Shown here piece after piece: positions 46,925 through 56,320 of a DNA stretch of 64,000 bases. The stretch spans positions 201,834 to 265,833 of the forward strand of contig JAUWHO010000023.1 in NCBI GenBank assembly GCA_030605835.1. The letters run 5' to 3'. The translations under genes were made by a program, and so were the position numbers. The notes under the pieces are model-generated. The model searched no databases, was not told the origin of the DNA, and worked only from the letters and a program-made list of their open reading frames with translations. The first letter of the stretch is position 1. Every line of letters starts with the position of its first letter. The DNA is from Candidatus Zixiibacteriota bacterium. Lineage in GTDB: Bacteria; Zixibacteria; MSB-5A5; DG-27.

Positions 46925-49054
46925 ATGTCCAATAGACTTAAACTCTCAATATTAATCGCCCTATTTGTCCTGTTGGGCTACCAGAACAACTTGCTCGCTG
47001 AAAAACTAAGTCTAGACCATCCCCTGGTGGCCCAGGCTTTGGCCTTCAAAGACCCAGAGCATCCCCAAGCCGCCAGGTGGGAGGAGTTGCCGCTGCCGAT
47101 TAAATGTGGAACTCCGGCGATGATCTTCGTCTCCTTGCAGCGCCAGGAACTTCCGGAGGAGGTAAGAGAGATTCTGCAAGCACGTCCGGCGCTATCCTTG
47201 AGTTTCGACACCCCCGGCGGGCATTTCAAGGTTCACTACGACACTTCCGGCATACACGAGGTCTACGGTGCGGGAATTGACGTTAATCCTGCCGACGGTC
47301 ATCCCGACTACGTCAATCGGACTGGAGAGTACTTGGACTACGCCTGGTCGTATGAGGTCGACACCATCGGCTTGGCCCCTCCGCCCACCGACGAGTGGTA
47401 TCCCACCGGCGGCGACAGCCGCTACGACGTTTATCTGGTGGCCAGCTTGGGCAACGCCTTCGGATTGACGCAACCGGACAGTTTTCAGGCCGGTAATCCC
47501 CAGTCCTACACCAGTTGGATTGAACTGCGCACAGAGTATATCGGCTTCGGTTATCCCGACCAATATGATCCCCTGAAAGTAACCGTTGCCCACGAGTTCT
47601 TTCACACCATCCATCTGGGTTACGATGCCTACGAGCCCTTCCTCCCGGATATGAGCGATTACAATGTCTGGTGGCTGGAGGCCACCGCAGTCTGGATGGA
47701 GGATGTGGTCTTCGACGAGGTGAACGACTATATCAACTATCTCCCTTACTTCTTCCGCTATCCCTGGCTGTCGCTCACCGCTCACGACCCCACCTGGCAG
47801 GACTGGGTGAGGGTGTATCATATGTATGCCTCCTGTGTCTGGCCGATATATCTGTCCGAGAGATTCGGCACCGCTGGCGTCAACACTGCCATCATAAAAG
47901 AGATCTGGGAGGGGTGCGCCGAGGTTATGTATGACAATATCATCCCCACTACTCAGGAGGTTTTGGGGGAGTATTATAGTGACTTGAATTCCTCATTCGG
48001 AGAGTTCACCATCTGGAACTACTTCAGTGGAAGTCTTAATGAGAGCGGCTACTACTCCGAGGGGACTTACTTCCCTGATCTGAACGACACCATGATGGTC
48101 TATAATAACTATCCGGTGACCGTCACGTCTCCAACCCAGCCTCCCGAGTACTTAGGGGCCAATTACGTCAAGTTCGTCCCCTTCGATTCCACCGGAGGAT
48201 TAAGGGTGAATTTCAGCGGAGCCTACATCCCCTGGAAGGTGAATATGATAGGTTATACCGTGGAAGGTCAGGGTGGCAACCACCGGATAAGGGAGATGGA
48301 CTTAGATGACTTCTGGGAGGGGACGCGGACCTTTAATGACTGGAATAAATACAGCGAAATTATTCTTATTCCAGCGGTCGTAGGCACCACTTTCCACTCC
48401 GGCACGTTCAACTACTCCTTCTCTGCTGTGTTCGACACCCTCCTCACTGGCCCTGAAGCGGTTCAGATTGCAAAGAATCGACCGCTACGAGACGGAAATC
48501 TCGGTGAAAGCTATTTGGATACTCTGATAGCCCTGGATGGTGTATTGCCCTACACCTGGACGATCGAGGAGGGAACTCTTCCCGCGGGGTTGGGTCTTTC
48601 AGCATCCAGTGGAATCATCCAGGGTGTCCCCACCGCCGGTGGTGACTATTCAATCAAAGTGCGGGTTACGGATAGTAGCACTCCGGCTTACACCGATACA
48701 GCGCGCTTCAGCATCTTCGTCAGTCAGCTGCCGACCCAGGATTGGGTGGGCCAGAGCTTTCCCAATCCCTTCGTAATAGGTGGGACATCCGATAATACCT
48801 GTTTCCCATTCGACCTCACCGATGATGGCAGCGTGCTCATAAGGATTCACACTGTCGCTGGAGAGTTCATCAGGGAAATATTTGTAGAGGGCTTGCCCGC
48901 TGAGAGCTACCGCAGTCGAAATAGATTAGAGCAAATCGGCGCCTGCTGGGACGGCACCAACGATCGGGGGGAGCCGGTCGCCAGTGGCGTCTATCTTTAC
49001 TATATCAAAGCCGCCGGAGTGACCAAGCTCAAGAAGCTGGCTCTTATTCGATGA
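46925..49054 (+). CDS. Secreted putative zinc metallopeptidase (HEXXH) with a He_PIG-type Ig-like domain and a T9SS/FlgD-Ig-like C-terminal domain
   Basis: Signal peptide; TVAHEFFHTIHLGYDAYE; Ig-like LPYTWTIEEGTLPAGLGLSASSGIIQGVPTAGGDYSIKVRVTD; C-terminus SFPNPF...VYLYYIKAAGVTKLKKLALIR. Confidence 0.5.
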   Translation: MSNRLKLSILIALFVLLGYQNNLLAEKLSLDHPLVAQALAFKDPEHPQAARWEELPLPIKCGTPAMIFVSLQRQELPEEVREILQARPALSLSFDTPGGHFKVHYDTSGIHEVYGAGIDVNPADGHPDYVNRTGEYLDYAWSYEVDTIGLAPPPTDEWYPTGGDSRYDVYLVASLGNAFGLTQPDSFQAGNPQSYTSWIELRTEYIGFGYPDQYDPLKVTVAHEFFHTIHLGYDAYEPFLPDMSDYNVWWLEATAVWMEDVVFDEVNDYINYLPYFFRYPWLSLTAHDPTWQDWVRVYHMYASCVWPIYLSERFGTAGVNTAIIKEIWEGCAEVMYDNIIPTTQEVLGEYYSDLNSSFGEFTIWNYFSGSLNESGYYSEGTYFPDLNDTMMVYNNYPVTVTSPTQPPEYLGANYVKFVPFDSTGGLRVNFSGAYIPWKVNMIGYTVEGQGGNHRIREMDLDDFWEGTRTFNDWNKYSEIILIPAVVGTTFHSGTFNYSFSAVFDTLLTGPEAVQIAKNRPLRDGNLGESYLDTLIALDGVLPYTWTIEEGTLPAGLGLSASSGIIQGVPTAGGDYSIKVRVTDSSTPAYTDTARFSIFVSQLPTQDWVGQSFPNPFVIGGTSDNTCFPFDLTDDGSVLIRIHTVAGEFIREIFVEGLPAESYRSRNRLEQIGACWDGTNDRGEPVASGVYLYYIKAAGVTKLKKLALIR

Positions 49055-49608
49055 AGCTGACCACCAGAAAGTTGGTCTTGATGGCGCTTTTCGTGGCGGT
49101 GGCAGTTTCGCTCAATTACCTCCTAATCTACATTCCCAACGTAAAGCTTTTCAACTTCGTGATTTTCACCTCCGGCTACCTTCTGGGAGTCTGGGAGGGA
49201 GCCATCGTTGGAACGATGGCGATGTTCATTTACACCACCTTCAATCCTTACAATCTGGGGATGTTCCCCCCGCTACCATTAGTCGCCGCCCAGGTTTTCT
49301 CCATGGCCACAATGGGCGTCGTCGGGGGCTTGGTGTTCAAGTTCCGCCTGTTGAATTTCAGCAAATTTTCTGCATACCTCTTGATGGCCTCGCTGGCAAT
49401 TGTTTTCACTTTATTCTACGACCTTTTGACCACGCTCAGCTCTGCATTTCTCTTCGGGAAGCTTCTGCCGACCCTAATTGCGGGAATCCCCTTTACCCTT
49501 GTGAGTTTAATCTCTAATACCATAGTCTTCATGGTCTTGACCCCGCTTCTGCCAAAATTACAGCATATGTTGGCAAGCAGTGATCAGCTAATAGTGAATG
49601 GTGAATAG
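49051..49608 (+). CDS. ECF-transporter S-component-like integral membrane protein
   Basis: 185 aa with about 6 TM helices; N-terminal TRKLVLMALFVAVAVSLNYLLIYIP is typical of S components; ATGA overlap with the upstream gene. Confidence 0.45.
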   Translation: MKLTTRKLVLMALFVAVAVSLNYLLIYIPNVKLFNFVIFTSGYLLGVWEGAIVGTMAMFIYTTFNPYNLGMFPPLPLVAAQVFSMATMGVVGGLVFKFRLLNFSKFSAYLLMASLAIVFTLFYDLLTTLSSAFLFGKLLPTLIAGIPFTLVSLISNTIVFMVLTPLLPKLQHMLASSDQLIVNGE

Positions 49609-49618
49609 TAAATGGTTA
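49594..49618. repeat. Short heptanucleotide array (GTGAATG / GTGAATA / GTAAATG) overlapping the stop codon of the 49051..49608 gene
   Basis: gtgaatg gtgaata gtaaatg g; this is the reverse complement of the CCATTYA family at 37524. Confidence 0.6.
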
Positions 49619-49687
49619 CCCGCAATCGGTAAATTGAATTGCACTCCGGCACAAGGTTTCGCGACCGGTTCTCAAGACCACCCCAAA

Positions 49688-51811
49688 ATGCCGAACACGG
49701 ACCGATTCTGCTTCCGATCAAGATTGCGTAACCTCTTCGAATCGCTTTCCCCCGTTCTCTGTATTCCTGTTCTAATCCCCCCGCTTCTTTTCTCAGTCCA
49801 AGGGGAGGCCTTCGCTCAGGAAACTACTCCATCGCTCCAGGACTCCAGCTCAGTTGAGACCTCCCTTTCGCCCCTCCAGGCAGAGGACACCTCCTTTGTG
49901 CCCTCGCCTTTTGACACCACAGAGCTTTTACCGGATACCCTCGAGTTGGTCGAGTTTGAGGATTCTATTGGATACCCTGTTGAATTGATCGAGGCCGAGG
50001 TTGTTCCGGGGGGTCAATATTCACTTTCCGAGAAAATCTACGGAGAGAGGCTGGAGGGCGCCCGGGCCAGGGATCTGTCCGGCCTTTTGGCACAATCCTC
50101 CAACGTCGACATCTTCACATATGGGCCCTACGGTTCGCCGACCAGCTTTGAGGTCTTGAATATCCCCCCTCTTGGGACCGAGATTGTCGTCGACGGAATC
50201 CCCTTTCGCTCTCCGGGGCTTTTCCTGCCGTTTTACGATGGCGTGGATTTGAACAACATTCTGATAGAGAACTTAGACACATTGAAAGTCCTTTACGGGG
50301 GCATGGCCTCCACCTCCGCCTGGGGCAGTCCGGTCGTCTTAGTGAAGCTGGATTCAAAAAGATATGAAAGCCTCCCCTCTGATTCCACCGAGGAAGAGGC
50401 GAGCCTATCTCTACCCCGCTCCCGAGTGCGAGTCGAAAGAGGTCCTTACAAATATCATCGCAGTCAAATCGAGCTCGGCTCTCGGATCTTCGGAAAGCTC
50501 GACTACTTCCTCGCTATGGGAATAAGAAAATCCTCCGGCTATCTGCTCACCAACGAACTGGACGGTCTTTACATCTCAGGGAGATTCTCCTATCCGCTTA
50601 GAAGAAACTTGCTCCTCGACCTCAACTTCCTCCGCCAGAGAATAAGGAGAGGTTTTCCTCTCTTCGACTACTGGGTGACTCAGAACCCGAGAAAGACCCA
50701 GGAGGTTTCCGCGCTCGGCTTCGGGTCTAAATACCTGTGGAGTGGAAACAAGTCCCTCTTTCTGAAAGGGTATTATCTTTATCAACCCCAGACTCTGAAG
50801 GACCTTTCCTTGGGGATTCACGACAAGTATGAAGACCGAGGCTGGGGAGCCCGCGCCGGCATCGATTTCGTCTGGGAAGAGCAGAGATTCTTAATCGAGG
50901 TCGGCTCCCGCAGAGAGGGATTGAAGATCAACCAGCGGCCGGAGGAGAGCTCTCTGGAAAGCTGGTTCGGTTTCACCAATGAAATCCGATTCTCCGATAA
51001 GTTGAGACTGCTTGGCGCTGCCAGGGTGCTGAATCACAACAGCTACGACAATTTCTTCCTCCCCACCCTGGGGCTCTCTTTTTGTCCCGGTGATGGCTAC
51101 GAGATATACAGCAGCGTTTTCCGTCGGGTCACCTGCCCCAGTCTCTATCATCTGTATTGGCCCCCGGAGAGCTATTCCGGAGGCTTCACCCTTCTGGGAG
51201 TGTACGATTACACGGAGTTGGGCAACCCGGATTTGAGACCTCAGGTTTGGTGGGGAGCGGATTGGGGTTTCCAATTCGCAAAAGAGAGATTCGATCTCTC
51301 GTGGTATCTGCTTTACGCCAATATCGACGATTTGATTCTGTGGTCCAACCAGGGTTTGACCTTTGATGTGTTTCACCAGCCGGTCAACACCTTTGCCACC
51401 CTGTGGGGGACGAACCTCTCCGGCAATCTCAAACCCCGCAAGGACATCCACCTCCATCTGGCATACACGTATAAGTCTTTGAGGACCGACGAGATCCCCT
51501 CCCCGGAGGTTACCCCCTTGCATACTATTCTCGGCTGGGCGGAGTTGGAAAGGTCTTTCCTCGGGGGAGATTTGACCCTAAAAGGCAGGATGGAGGGTAG
51601 GTACAGCTCCGACCGTTACCTGCTCGGATTCCGAGAGGTATACCAACCTTCCGTCTTTGTCCTGAGATATTCTCTTCAGTTTCGATATCTCGATTTCTGC
51701 TTCTATTACCAGAGCGAAAACCTGACCAATCGGGAGTATCTCACCTGGGGTTACAATCCCATGCCCCTGCGGACTAATTGGTGGGGGATAAGGTGGGATT
51801 TCCGGGATTAG
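49688..51811 (+). CDS. TonB-dependent receptor-like outer-membrane protein (plug + β-barrel)
   Basis: ATG at 49688 with a signal peptide; plug-like EIVVDGIPF...IENLDTLKVLYGGMASTSAWGSPVVLVKL; long β-rich C-terminus ending in an aromatic-rich ...WWGIRWDF. The track's ORF begins 90 nt earlier. Confidence 0.6.
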   Translation: MPNTDRFCFRSRLRNLFESLSPVLCIPVLIPPLLFSVQGEAFAQETTPSLQDSSSVETSLSPLQAEDTSFVPSPFDTTELLPDTLELVEFEDSIGYPVELIEAEVVPGGQYSLSEKIYGERLEGARARDLSGLLAQSSNVDIFTYGPYGSPTSFEVLNIPPLGTEIVVDGIPFRSPGLFLPFYDGVDLNNILIENLDTLKVLYGGMASTSAWGSPVVLVKLDSKRYESLPSDSTEEEASLSLPRSRVRVERGPYKYHRSQIELGSRIFGKLDYFLAMGIRKSSGYLLTNELDGLYISGRFSYPLRRNLLLDLNFLRQRIRRGFPLFDYWVTQNPRKTQEVSALGFGSKYLWSGNKSLFLKGYYLYQPQTLKDLSLGIHDKYEDRGWGARAGIDFVWEEQRFLIEVGSRREGLKINQRPEESSLESWFGFTNEIRFSDKLRLLGAARVLNHNSYDNFFLPTLGLSFCPGDGYEIYSSVFRRVTCPSLYHLYWPPESYSGGFTLLGVYDYTELGNPDLRPQVWWGADWGFQFAKERFDLSWYLLYANIDDLILWSNQGLTFDVFHQPVNTFATLWGTNLSGNLKPRKDIHLHLAYTYKSLRTDEIPSPEVTPLHTILGWAELERSFLGGDLTLKGRMEGRYSSDRYLLGFREVYQPSVFVLRYSLQFRYLDFCFYYQSENLTNREYLTWGYNPMPLRTNWWGIRWDFRD

Positions 51812-52212
51812 GAGAACCTCAGCTTCTGCCCGCGGTCGAATATAACCTTGAATTTGTCCAAGCCGTGTTTTCTGCCCAGGGTGGGGGGAACATTGTCGGA
51901 GTTGGCGATTGCCACCGTCGCTAAGAGTTCTTTCCCGTTCAGCCGTATTTTCAGCCGGTGCAGATACATGAAGGTGCTGGAGACCATTCCGTGAATCTTA
52001 TAGCGACGGCGTTTAGTGATGTCTCCCACCAATATGATTCCCAGGGTCTTGGGAATAATGGAGATGTCCGCACCGGTGTCGGCCAAGACGTCCTCGACCA
52101 TAATCCACTCCTTAAAGACCCGAGAGAAAATCTGTAAGGTCACTCGAGGTCTCTTTATGGAGGCGAAGATATTGGAGGATTCCTTCTGGTATTTGAATTC
52201 GATCTTAGACAA
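51808..52212 (-). CDS. Retropepsin-like (clan AA) aspartic peptidase domain protein
   Basis: VLADTGADISIIP contains the D-T-G-A catalytic motif; 134 aa stand-alone. Confidence 0.6.
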   Translation of the reverse strand: MSKIEFKYQKESSNIFASIKRPRVTLQIFSRVFKEWIMVEDVLADTGADISIIPKTLGIILVGDITKRRRYKIHGMVSSTFMYLHRLKIRLNGKELLATVAIANSDNVPPTLGRKHGLDKFKVIFDRGQKLRFS

Positions 52213-52438
52213 TTAGAAACCCCGGGGGCGTCTTCCAGATAACGCTCAATTGCTCGGAGGGGAAATCTTTACGGACTTCCGGCCAGACTTCCTCGAGGTT
52301 TTTCCCCTCCCAGATGATTTTTCTCCCAGCTTTGATGATGTATATGGAATAGACGTTCGCGGCCGACTCCCCCTGTAAGGTGGTTCGGATCGCCCTCTTA
52401 GATGGCTCTCTGGAATTCATTTTCTCTTTCTGGACCAT
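52205..52438 (-). CDS. Hypothetical small protein overlapping (8 bp) the start of the aspartic-peptidase gene
   Basis: 77-aa ORF, co-oriented and translationally coupled. No motif recognised. Confidence 0.3.
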   Translation of the reverse strand: MVQKEKMNSREPSKRAIRTTLQGESAANVYSIYIIKAGRKIIWEGKNLEEVWPEVRKDFPSEQLSVIWKTPPGFLIV

Positions 52439-52679
52439 TTCCGCTTTCCACCAATTAAGATACGGTAAGATTGCAGGACTCTTTAACGGTTCAACACTAC
52501 TAATTTATTAATTTGCGTAAAGGTATGTCAAGAGTTTAAATTGCCATTGGTGGCTACGGAGGCAGCACCGCAGCTAATAGACCGGCTCAGCGCGGCGTGG
52601 GAAGCCTCGGTATTAGACCACCCGAACAGTTTCGGTCCGCAGTCAATACTCGAAGGACGCCAGAATAGAAGGTGAAAAG

Positions 52680-53225
52680 ATGGAACGAGAAGAGGCCCTG
52701 AATTTAGTCAAATCCAAAGTCAGTCAAAAGAATCTGGTCAAGCATATGCTCGCCACCGAGGCCGTGATGCGGAGATTAGCCCGACACTTCGGGGAGAAGG
52801 AGGAGGTCTGGGGATTGACGGGCCTGATCCACGACTTAGACTACCAGGAGACCGTGGACAATCCCGATATGCACGCTCTCATCACCGCAGATATACTGAA
52901 AGAGAAGGGGCTCTCCGAAGAGATAATCCACGCCGTCAAGGTCCACGCCTGGAAGGCGGAGGCGGAATCGAAGATGGACTGGGCCCTATACGCCACCGAT
53001 CCCACCACCGGCTTCATCGTCGCCTGCGCTCTGATGCACCCCTCCAAGAAGCTGGCTAGTTTGGATCTCAAATTCCTTATGAACCGATTTAAAGAGAAGA
53101 GGTTTGCCGCCGGAGCCAACCGGGAACAGATACAAACCTGCGAGAAGATCAATCTCTCTTTGGAGGAATTCCTCTCAATGACCCTGGAGGCGATGCAGAG
53201 TATCTCCGAAGAACTGGGCCTTTAG
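52680..53225 (+). CDS. HD-domain phosphohydrolase (HDIG-type)
   Basis: KHMLATEAVMRRLA...GLIHDLDY. Confidence 0.7.
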   Translation: MEREEALNLVKSKVSQKNLVKHMLATEAVMRRLARHFGEKEEVWGLTGLIHDLDYQETVDNPDMHALITADILKEKGLSEEIIHAVKVHAWKAEAESKMDWALYATDPTTGFIVACALMHPSKKLASLDLKFLMNRFKEKRFAAGANREQIQTCEKINLSLEEFLSMTLEAMQSISEELGL

Positions 53226-53286
53226 AATGTCACCGTTCTCTCGTGCTCCTGTGGAGGTTGTGCCCCGGGTCGCTTGCGGTGAGGCC

Positions 53287-53325
53287 CCCTCCCCTGTCCC
53301 CGGTTTCCTGTTTCCTGTATCCTGA
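53287..53325. repeat. Heptanucleotide tandem array (CCCCTGT / TTCCTGT x~5)
   Basis: cccctgt ccccggt ttcctgt ttcctgt atcctga. Confidence 0.7.
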
Positions 53326-53328
53326 GAA

Positions 53329-53826
53329 ATGACGACTCCCCGCTCCATAGGGTTGGTTGCCACGATCGTGGGGCTGTCGCTTTTCGCTCAAGCGGCCGGC
53401 GGACAACTCTCTCCCCTAAAGATTGAGGGAGCATTACAGAAAAAGATCGTTCAAGGCGCAGACCCATGGGAATACACCTTCAGAGGACCTATTGAAGATT
53501 CTACTGAGAGCCGCCACCGAGATCTCGGCACCCTGATAAAAGCCGAGAGGGAGGAAAAGAAATCGCCCGACCTCTGGGCGGGGAAGGACAAGTACAAACA
53601 TTTTCTCCTTTCCGGTTTCTGGTCGGGTTTCAGCTATCTACTCTGTCATCGCCACTTCAATTATTCCGAGGAGAAGTCACTTCTCCTCTCCGGCGGTGTG
53701 GTTCTCTCTCTGGGGTTGAGCAAGGAGGTGCGGGATGGTTTTCAGGCTGACAATAGATTCAGCTACAAAGACCTTCTTTTCAACGTGGTTGGAATTGGCT
53801 GTGGATTGTTTATAGCCTCTCGATAA
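53329..53826 (+). CDS. YfiM-like (DUF2279) lipoprotein
   Basis: Signal peptide; WAGKDKYKHFLLSGF...LSLGLSKEVRDGF...SYKDLLFNVVG parallels E. coli YfiM. Confidence 0.55.
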   Translation: MTTPRSIGLVATIVGLSLFAQAAGGQLSPLKIEGALQKKIVQGADPWEYTFRGPIEDSTESRHRDLGTLIKAEREEKKSPDLWAGKDKYKHFLLSGFWSGFSYLLCHRHFNYSEEKSLLLSGGVVLSLGLSKEVRDGFQADNRFSYKDLLFNVVGIGCGLFIASR

Positions 53827-53829
53827 GAG

Positions 53830-55083
53830 ATGACTTCAAGGAAGGTGAGGATTTTCAGCTGGGGGCTCTACGATTTCGCCAATACTATGTTCTCCATGAA
53901 TGTGGTCTCGCTCTACTTCGCCCTCTGGGTGGTAAAGGATATGGGCGGGACGGAGCTGATGGTTGGGGCCTCACGTGCAGCCGCGATGCTCTTCGTCGCC
54001 ATGACCATGCCCCTGGGGGGAGCAGTCGCTGACCGTTTCGGCCTGCGGATGCCTCTGGTGATTCTCTTCACCCTCCTTTGCTGTCTGGGGACTGCCGGAA
54101 TCGGAATCGCTCCCGATCTAACCCTGGGTCTTGTGTTTTTCGCCCTCTCAGTTTACGCCTATCAGGCCGCCTTAGTCTTCTACAACGCCCTTTTGCCGGA
54201 GGTTGCGGAGGGGAAGAATCTGGGGCGGATCTCGGGATTCGGGGTTTCCCTGGGCTATCTCGGCTCCATCGCCGGGATGTTGATGGTTAGGCCCTTTGTC
54301 GGCTCCGGGGAAAGCTTCTGCAGACAGGATGCTTTTCTGCCCACCGCGGCTTTATTCCTTCTGTTTTCGTTGCCGTTTTTCCTTTTCGTTCGCGATTCCC
54401 ATAAGCTGCCCATCAAGAATCTGTGGGAGAAAACCAAAGATGCCTGGGGGAAGCTAAGAGTGGCACTGACTCACTCCCAAGCATATCCCGGCGTCAGGAG
54501 ATTCCTTCTCGGACGTTTCTTCATCATCGATGCCATGGAGACGATGATCGGTTTTATGGCCCTATATCTGGTGGAGGTGGGGGGGTTCTCCCAGGAGAGG
54601 TCTTTGTTCTTTGGTTTAGATGAGGTCGTATTCTTCTTCGTGATCTCCACCACCTTTGCGGTGGTGGGAGCGTATTTCTGGGGGATGGGAGTGAATCGTT
54701 TCGGTCCCAAGAAGGTCCTTCTGGGGGTTGTTCTCCTATGGCTTGCAACCCTCCTTCTGGCGATAGTGACACCCAGGGGAGGGTTCTGGATTGTGGGACC
54801 CTTGGCGGGGCTTTGCATCGGCGGAATCTGGACCTCCGACAGACCGCTGCTCATCGGGCTGGTCAAGGACGAGAAGGTCATGGCGGAGTTCTTCGGGCTG
54901 TATGCTCTCTCGGGACGCTTGGCGGCGGTGGTTGGTCCCCTCATGTGGGGGCTAGTGATCGAGCTGGGCAAACCCCTGGGTAGTCTGAAATACCGCCTGG
55001 CGGCAGCCTCGGTCCTCTCCATGATGCTTCTGGGCTATCTGATCCTGAGAAAGGTGCCTGATGTCAACGAGAGATTGGCATGA
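53830..55083 (+). CDS. MFS transporter (Atg22/UMF1-like family)
   Basis: IFSWGLYDFANTMFSMNVVSLYF N-terminal signature; about 12 TM helices. Confidence 0.8.
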   Translation: MTSRKVRIFSWGLYDFANTMFSMNVVSLYFALWVVKDMGGTELMVGASRAAAMLFVAMTMPLGGAVADRFGLRMPLVILFTLLCCLGTAGIGIAPDLTLGLVFFALSVYAYQAALVFYNALLPEVAEGKNLGRISGFGVSLGYLGSIAGMLMVRPFVGSGESFCRQDAFLPTAALFLLFSLPFFLFVRDSHKLPIKNLWEKTKDAWGKLRVALTHSQAYPGVRRFLLGRFFIIDAMETMIGFMALYLVEVGGFSQERSLFFGLDEVVFFFVISTTFAVVGAYFWGMGVNRFGPKKVLLGVVLLWLATLLLAIVTPRGGFWIVGPLAGLCIGGIWTSDRPLLIGLVKDEKVMAEFFGLYALSGRLAAVVGPLMWGLVIELGKPLGSLKYRLAAASVLSMMLLGYLILRKVPDVNERLA

Positions 55084-56101
55084 ATATGTAGGGGCAATCC
55101 ATATTCATTCCACCCATTCCGATGGGACCAAAAGCATCGATGAGATCCTCCCCATAGCCTCTCGGGCGGGACTGGACTACATCCTGGTCTCAGACCATAT
55201 GACCCTGAAGGGATTGGAGGCGGGGAAGGAGGGTTTTTATGGTAACCTTCTGGTATTGATCGGATACGAAATACATGATTCCAACCATCACAATCATTAT
55301 CTGGCCTTCGGGCTGAAAGAAGTTCTCTCCCCGGAGCTTTCCCCTCAGGAATATGTCAAAGAGGTGGAAAAAGGAGGCGGTGTGGGAATAATTGCCCACC
55401 CCGACGAGGTTCGTCAGCTCCTGAAAAAATTCCCCTGTTATCCCTGGACGGCCTGGGATGCTTCTGGATTCAACGGAATTGAGATCTGGAACCATATGTC
55501 GGAGTGGATGGAGGGATTGACCCGCATCAATATCCTCAAAATGGCGATCCATCCCCGGCGGATGTTGCGCTCTCCGACGGCTCGTATCTTGAAGATTTGG
55601 GACCAATTGAGCGAAGAGAGACCTGTCGTGGGCTTGGGCGGTATTGATGTTCACGGCTATCCCTTCAAATTGGGTCCCTTTGGGCTCACGATCTTCCCTT
55701 ACAAAGTGCAGTTCCGGTCTATTCGCACTCATCTGCTGTTGAGAGCTCCTCTATCGAAGAACTTGGCCGAAGCCAGAGAACAGGTCTATTCCGCCATTAA
55801 GAACTGTAATGCCTTTATCTCCAACTACCGCTGGGGAGATGCAAGAGGTTTCCTTTTCGGGTTCGAGGTGAACGACAAGACTAGCTTGCCGGGGGAGGTG
55901 GTCTCTTTCGGCCAGGGGGGTAAGATCGTCTGCCAAAGCCCCAGACGAGCTAACTTGCGTTTAGTCTGTCGAGGCAATCTGGTCTTTGAGACCTTCGGGA
56001 ACTCCTTTGAATACTCTCCGAAAGAGGCCGGCAACTACAGATTGGAGGCTTACATCCAGGGACGGGGATGGGTCTTCACAAACCATCTCAGATTGTCATG
56101 A
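55061..56101 (+). CDS. PHP-like metal-dependent hydrolase (CehA/McbA family)
   Basis: YVGAIHIHSTHSDG...ILVSDH; 23-bp overlap with the MFS gene. Confidence 0.6.
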   Translation: MSTRDWHEYVGAIHIHSTHSDGTKSIDEILPIASRAGLDYILVSDHMTLKGLEAGKEGFYGNLLVLIGYEIHDSNHHNHYLAFGLKEVLSPELSPQEYVKEVEKGGGVGIIAHPDEVRQLLKKFPCYPWTAWDASGFNGIEIWNHMSEWMEGLTRINILKMAIHPRRMLRSPTARILKIWDQLSEERPVVGLGGIDVHGYPFKLGPFGLTIFPYKVQFRSIRTHLLLRAPLSKNLAEAREQVYSAIKNCNAFISNYRWGDARGFLFGFEVNDKTSLPGEVVSFGQGGKIVCQSPRRANLRLVCRGNLVFETFGNSFEYSPKEAGNYRLEAYIQGRGWVFTNHLRLS

Positions 56102-56293
56102 CCGTGCTGGGCTAAAGAGTCTTACGGAACCCCCGCCTGGAAAGCGTCACTGTCGGTAAGCAAAAGGGGCAAAAAAGTAAGGGTGAACCTCACTCGGGCA
56201 GAGGGGGGCTAGAACTACCCGGAGTAAAAAGGTATCACCCTTAACAAACTTTTTAATTTCTGCTCTATAAATAATATATTAATGCAAATGCGC

Positions 56294-56320
56294 AATAGGG
56301 GGTTCCCCCTATTTTTTTAT
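56294..56320. terminator. Bidirectional intrinsic terminator: perfect palindrome AATAGGGGG-TT-CCCCCTATT followed by a T-run
   Basis: aataggggg tt ccccctatt ttttttatttt; it overlaps the minus-strand stop codon of the NarL-type gene. Confidence 0.6.

Noticed and set aside
47192-47821. 209-aa antisense ORF inside the HEXXH protease gene
   Set aside because: Val/Gly-rich antisense frame without signal or motifs. The sense strand carries HEXXH, Ig-like and T9SS C-terminal domains in order.
50891-51523. 210-aa antisense ORF inside the TonB-dependent receptor gene
   Set aside because: Antisense frame. The sense frame has a plug domain and a β-barrel terminus.
54471-55022. 183-aa antisense ORF inside the MFS transporter gene
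   Set aside because: Pro/Arg-rich antisense frame. The sense frame encodes 12 TM helices.
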